64,000 bases of DNA, taken from assembly GCA_965112735.1 (NCBI GenBank), contig OZ218959.1:744001-808000 (forward strand), read 5' to 3'. The notes beneath the pieces are model-generated. The model had not been told where the DNA came from, made no database searches, and was given only the letters and a program-made list of their open reading frames with translations. The stretch is from Phaeosaccion multiseriatum. Taxonomy: Eukaryota > Protista > Ochrophyta, other classes. Each line of letters starts with the position of its first letter. The stretch's first letter is position 1. The position numbers were made by a program, and so were the translations under genes. Of the stretch, positions 59,789 through 64,000 are shown in pieces.

Positions 59789-60396
59789 TGTTAGAAGTCG
59801 TGCTTTTGCTAGACTGGTACCTACCCTCTGAATTCAGACCGGGAGGTACCAGTCTAGCAAAAGCACGACTTCTAACACAAGCCCTAATGCTAGAAGTCGA
59901 ACCCCCCCCCCCCCACCGCACATAGTGGAGAGAAGTAACTCGCAGTCTGGGAATCAGACTAATGGGTGCCAGCCGGTACCAGTTTTCGCCGAAAAACACA
60001 CTTTTTTCACAAGCTACAGCCAGGGTTCGAACTCGCAATGGCCTTGTGTTAGAAGTCGTGCTTTTGCTAGACTGGTACCTACCCTCTGAATTCAGACCGG
60101 GAGGTACCAGTCTAGCAAAAGCACGACTTCTAACAAGCCCTAATGCTAGAAGTCGAATCCCCCCCCCCCCACCGCACATAGTGGAGAGAAGTAACTCGCA
60201 GTCTGGGAATCAGACTAATGGGTGCCAGCCGGTACCAGTTTTCGCCGAAAAACACACTTTTTTCACAAGCTACAGCCAGGGTTCGAACTCGCAATGGCCT
60301 TGTGTTAGAAGTCGTGCTTTTGCTAGACTGGTACCTACCCTCTGAATTCAGACCGGGAGGGTAGGTACCAGTCTAGCAAAAGCACGACTTCTAACA
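59789..60396. repeat. Tandem array: three 89-94-bp perfect hairpins separated by two ~168-bp spacers
   Basis: Hairpins 59789-59877, 60047-60135 (34-bp arms) and 60303-60396 (40-bp arms); unit 256-258 bp. Confidence 0.92.
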
Positions 60397-60615
60397 TGTT
60401 AGAAGTGGCCTAGTTGGGGTCCCTTGGGGACCCAATCAGTAGTGTAACGGCCGGAAAACGGGCCAACTAGACGGTAAATCAGTAATAAAAGAAAGGAAGC
60501 GCAGCCTGCGTGTGGGCTGGCTTCCGGGTGCTTGCTTCAGCTTCTGCTCTGCTCTAGCTTGGCTTTGAGGCTAGCTGTCGGTAGTTTCGACAACCCGGAA
60601 GACCCGAAAGACACA
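60397..60615 (+). repeat. Candidate 5' LTR of Gypsy-like family G
   Basis: Starts tgttagaagt, contains aataaa, lies upstream of a gag-like ORF; right end uncertain. Confidence 0.35.
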
Positions 60616-60713
60616 GGTCTGAGATCCAGCTTTGAGGCTGATTTATTGTGTTGGCTTGAGCTTTGCTTCCAGCTGCCCAGCTTTAGGCCGTAGACAGCTT
60701 TGGGCTTGCTAGG

Positions 60714-62588
60714 GTGGCACTGGCTGAGGCGGGGATGGACTTCCTGCGGTTCCACGCTGCTAGGGTGGCCAGGGCTGAGGAGGGGGACTTCCTGAGTCTT
60801 TCATCGGCGGAGGGCGCTACGAGTGACGCTGAGGGCGGTGGAGCTGATGGTGGTGCTGCGGACGTGGGGTCTGTGGTATCGGAAGCTGCTGCTCCTCCTG
60901 CGGAGGTCACTGCCAGCCCTGGGGCTGTGGACCGTGTGCGGGCGGCGTTGCGTCGGGGGGAGGAGTCCCTGGAGTCGCCCTCTTTTTTTGAGGGGTCTGC
61001 GATTACGGCTGCTGCCGCTTCCCCTCCTGCTGCTGGGGTGAGGCCGCTGACGGTGGCGGCGTCGGAGGTTTCCTTCCACTCGGGGGATGCAGAGTCGGTG
61101 GGCCAGGAGGAGAGCACGGTGTGGGATGTGGTTGGCACGCCCTTGGTCCCTCTTGTTGGTGCGTCTGGCGGGGCTCGGGTGGTGGATCAGCCAGCGGAGG
61201 GAGAGAAGACACCGGAGCAGGAGGACACGCGGGTTCTCCAGGAGGGGCTTGAGATGCTGACGCAGCACCAAGCTGCGCAGCTCATGGCGGCCCAACTGCG
61301 GGAGAGCAAGGCGGAGACGGCGGCCCTCCAGCGGGAACTGGAGGTGCTGCGGCTCTCGCGGGGGGCGGAGCAGCAGCGGGAGTTTGCGGTGGAGCTGCAG
61401 CAGCAGGTGGCGGCGGAGCTGCAGCGACAGATGGCGGCGCAGCCGCCGCCGAAGCGGCCGCCTGAGGGTGCTGCCCAGTTGGAGGTGGAGACGTTGCAGC
61501 GGGAGCTGTTAGCGGCGCAGCTCCAGCAGGTTAAGGATGCCGCACCGGGGGGGGTAGAGGTGCTGCAGCAGCAGGTTAAGGATATGCTACAGCGGGACAT
61601 GGAACGGGAGCGGGAGCGGGCACGGCAGCAGGCCCTGGATGTGCTGCAGGCGCCCGCCCGTCATACGGTGCAGACGATCACGCTGCCCGTGGGTGCTATC
61701 CGTGTGCTCCAGGAGCAGAAACTTCCCTCTCTATTCGATGCGGCTGGACAGCCTCATCCTCGTGCTGTGGTGCTCGCACGCATGTACAACTGGGTGAGCA
61801 TTCTGCAAGGACAGGAGATCTTGACTTCTACTGGGTCCGTGCTTCCGGGCCAAGGGCGGGTGATGGAGCAGCGAGTGCTGGCCGACTTGGGTGCAGTGGA
61901 TCGGGCCACTGTCCTGGCGGAGGCTCAGAAGGGTGCGTCGTGGATGGAGGGCGACCAGCACGTCACATTGGAGTGGGAGACGGAGAGTGCACAGTTCCAA
62001 TTGCTCGCGAGGTGTCTGTTGCGTCTCTTCGGCGTTCCTGTTGCGCGAGACGGCCTCCAGCAGCTTGTCCAGACGTTGGTGCGGGAGGCCAAGCCTCTGG
62101 AAGCGTCCACCGTTCCTGCCGAGGTGAACCAGGCGCTCGCCAGGCTGCTCACCAAGCTGGCGGAACTCTCTCTGTGTCTGGCGCAGGTGACGGGGCAGGC
62201 CACGGATGAGCAAGCCTTGGTTACGGGCCTGCTGGCGGTGCTGCGGCCAGAGGTCGAGATTCGGCTTCGTCACGGCTCGTTGCCATTAACTGACGGCATG
62301 ACCAACTTCTGGCTGCGCTGGGAGTCGGCGACTCCCTCGTGGAGTGATTTCTACGCCGCCTTCCAGAAGGCATTTCCTTCCGCGACTCGGGTGCTCCAGG
62401 CTGGTAGCCCACTTACGCTCTCTTCTACTGGTGGGGCTACGCGGGCCCGTGGTGGTGGTGGTGGTGGTCTGCGCACTCCGCGCGGGGGAGTGGCCGTGAA
62501 TGCGGTGGAGCAGCATCTGGAAGTGGCCGTGAATTCGGTGGAGCAGCATCTGGACCATCAGCCGTCACAGGAGGTGGGGGTGAATGCA

Positions 62589-62623
<35 letters not shown>

Positions 62624-62924
62624 GGCGCAGCAGCCGCGGCTCACGCCCACCCAGCAGCGGCCCTTGCTGTTCCACGGCTCGGTGAAGCAGCGTGGCAACG
62701 GCAATGCCCCATTTAACTGCATGACTTGTCGCCGCGCCGGCCATGGATGGATAGAATGCAACGCCATCCCCGCTACGCGTGAGGAGCTGCTCGGCATTGT
62801 GAGTCGCGTGCAGCGGCGGCAGGCGGTCAGAGCGCAGCACCAGGAGTCCGACATGTCTGAAGCCGTAGCAGCAATGGTGGCGGGCACTCTGGCGGCGCAG
62901 GACGGGTTCAAGTTCGAAGGCTGA
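60714..62924 (+). CDS. gag: Gag-like protein (first ATG ~60735) of an LTR retrotransposon
   Basis: Coiled coil, SWSDFYAAFQKAF motif, zinc knuckle CMTCRRAGHGWIEC. Confidence 0.75.
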
Positions 62925-63203
62925 CGGTGCCCCGGGGCTGCTTGGCCAGCAGCCCTGGGGCCCACGACCGCAGCGCGTGAGGATAGCGTCGGCGTGGGGG
63001 AACAGGGGGAGGGCGGGCAAGAGCAGTGTAGAAGATAATGAATGTACTTCGCACCTATCTTGTTTGTCAGACCCACCTTTGCCCCATGCCGACGCTCAGC
63101 GTAGGAGCGGTCAGGCTAGTCGTGTAGAGCAGGAGTCACCTGCCATCAGAGTTTATCGGAGTGACATGTGGTGTGGCGACAGACTCAAACGTGCTCGGCT
63201 ACA

Positions 63204-64000
63204 ACGGCAACAGCAACAGCAGCAGCAGCTGCAGCAGCAGCAGCTGCAGCAGCAGCAGCAGCAGCAGCAGCGCCGTGTCGTAGAGGCAGTCGTGGAGGGT
63301 GCGCACAGAGAGGCTGTGCCTGCGCCGTCCGCGGTCGAGCAGCTGCCAGCGTCGGAGCGGCAGCTGCCGCAGCCGCAGCGCCAGCAGCCGGAGCGGCAGC
63401 TAGCGCAGCAGCCGGGTCCTGTGGTACGCTCTGTGGTCGAGCAGTCGCGGGGCACTGACGGCCCGGATGCAGTCGTTGCTGGTGAGCACACGGCGATGAC
63501 GGCGGTACAGCAGCAGGCGCAGCGTGCAGTAGAGGTAGTCGTGGAGGGCGCGCACCAGGAGGCTGCGCCAGCGGCTTCCGCAGTCGAGCAGCTGCCGCCG
63601 CCGGAGCAGCAGCAGCAGCAGCAGCAGCAGCCGTGTCCAGTGGTACGCTCCGTGTGCTTAGTCGAAGCACCGCAGCCCGGCTCTGCCGTCGAGCCGTCGA
63701 GCGGACCTGACGTCGCGCTGCCGCTGCCTCTGCGCCAGGAGGATGCAGTCGTTGCGGGTGAGTGTCCGGAGCAGCAGGTGCCACCGTCGGCAGTGGGGGA
63801 GGTTGAGTGCGAGGCGGCAACCGTTGCGCAACACGAGTCTGTCTGGATGGATGCAAGGGGTTTGGAGCGGGTGCGTGCGTGTGCCTTCCCGGAACAGCGC
63901 GCACTGCGTGCGGCGAAGGAGCGGCAACAGCGGCTGGGACAGCAGCAGCAGCTGCTGCAGCAGCAGCCGCAGGTGGCGGGGGGGCAGCAGGAGCAATTGG
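63204..64000. repeat. CAG-rich low-complexity region with a diverged ~250-bp duplication (~63280-63490 vs ~63528-63765)
   Basis: (cag)n runs; repeated gtagagg.agtcgtggaggg...ggatgcagtcgttgc..gtgag. Confidence 0.6.

Noticed and set aside
59815-59850. Vector/adapter contamination (KpnI and EcoRI sites in a hairpin)
   Set aside because: Copies diverge naturally, share a terminus with the adjacent LTR-like sequence, and match no vector I recognise; not fully excluded without UniVec
59789-60179. N-terminus of the 870-aa ORF
   Set aside because: Read-through of the hairpin array; RT homology starts only at ~59788
63027-63203. Possible LTR (tgtag...ctaca)
   Set aside because: No TSD (gcag vs acgg), no PBS or PPT, no second copy
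63153-63996. Poly-Ala/Cys/Gln ORFs
   Set aside because: CAG low-complexity sequence; no domain evidence

Overview
Eukaryotic, gene-free, repeat-dense window that looks like (peri)centromeric heterochromatin. The backbone is a 187/194/198-bp satellite in five blocks, one with a 780-bp 4-mer higher-order repeat. It is interrupted by deeply nested retroelements (family names are my own labels). (i) Ty3/Gypsy family A: 210-bp LTR, tRNA-type PBS, integrase with chromodomain plus a Tudor-like domain, and a non-autonomous partner carrying a repeat-rich ORF. (ii) Chromovirus family B: 236-bp LTR, single 1704-aa Gag-Pol, RT motif YIDN, no tRNA PBS; one copy is intact with identical LTRs. (iii) At least three tyrosine-recombinase (DIRS/Ngaro, split direct repeat) families. 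(iv) Further Gypsy fragments, a solo LTR and a tandem array of 89-94-bp perfect hairpins. The most striking signal is that Ngaro-derived sequence occurs in two forms. One is canonical recombinase integration at a GAA core. The other is truncated pieces flanked by 5-, 71- and 98-bp target duplications; the latter two end at the same element terminus, and the same 15-nt terminus defines the satellite variant that marks the HOR. This suggests a second, templated (target-primed or repair-patch) insertion route. No host genes, rRNA or CRISPR were seen. Most ORFs in the track are satellite or antisense artefacts. All alignments were done by eye.
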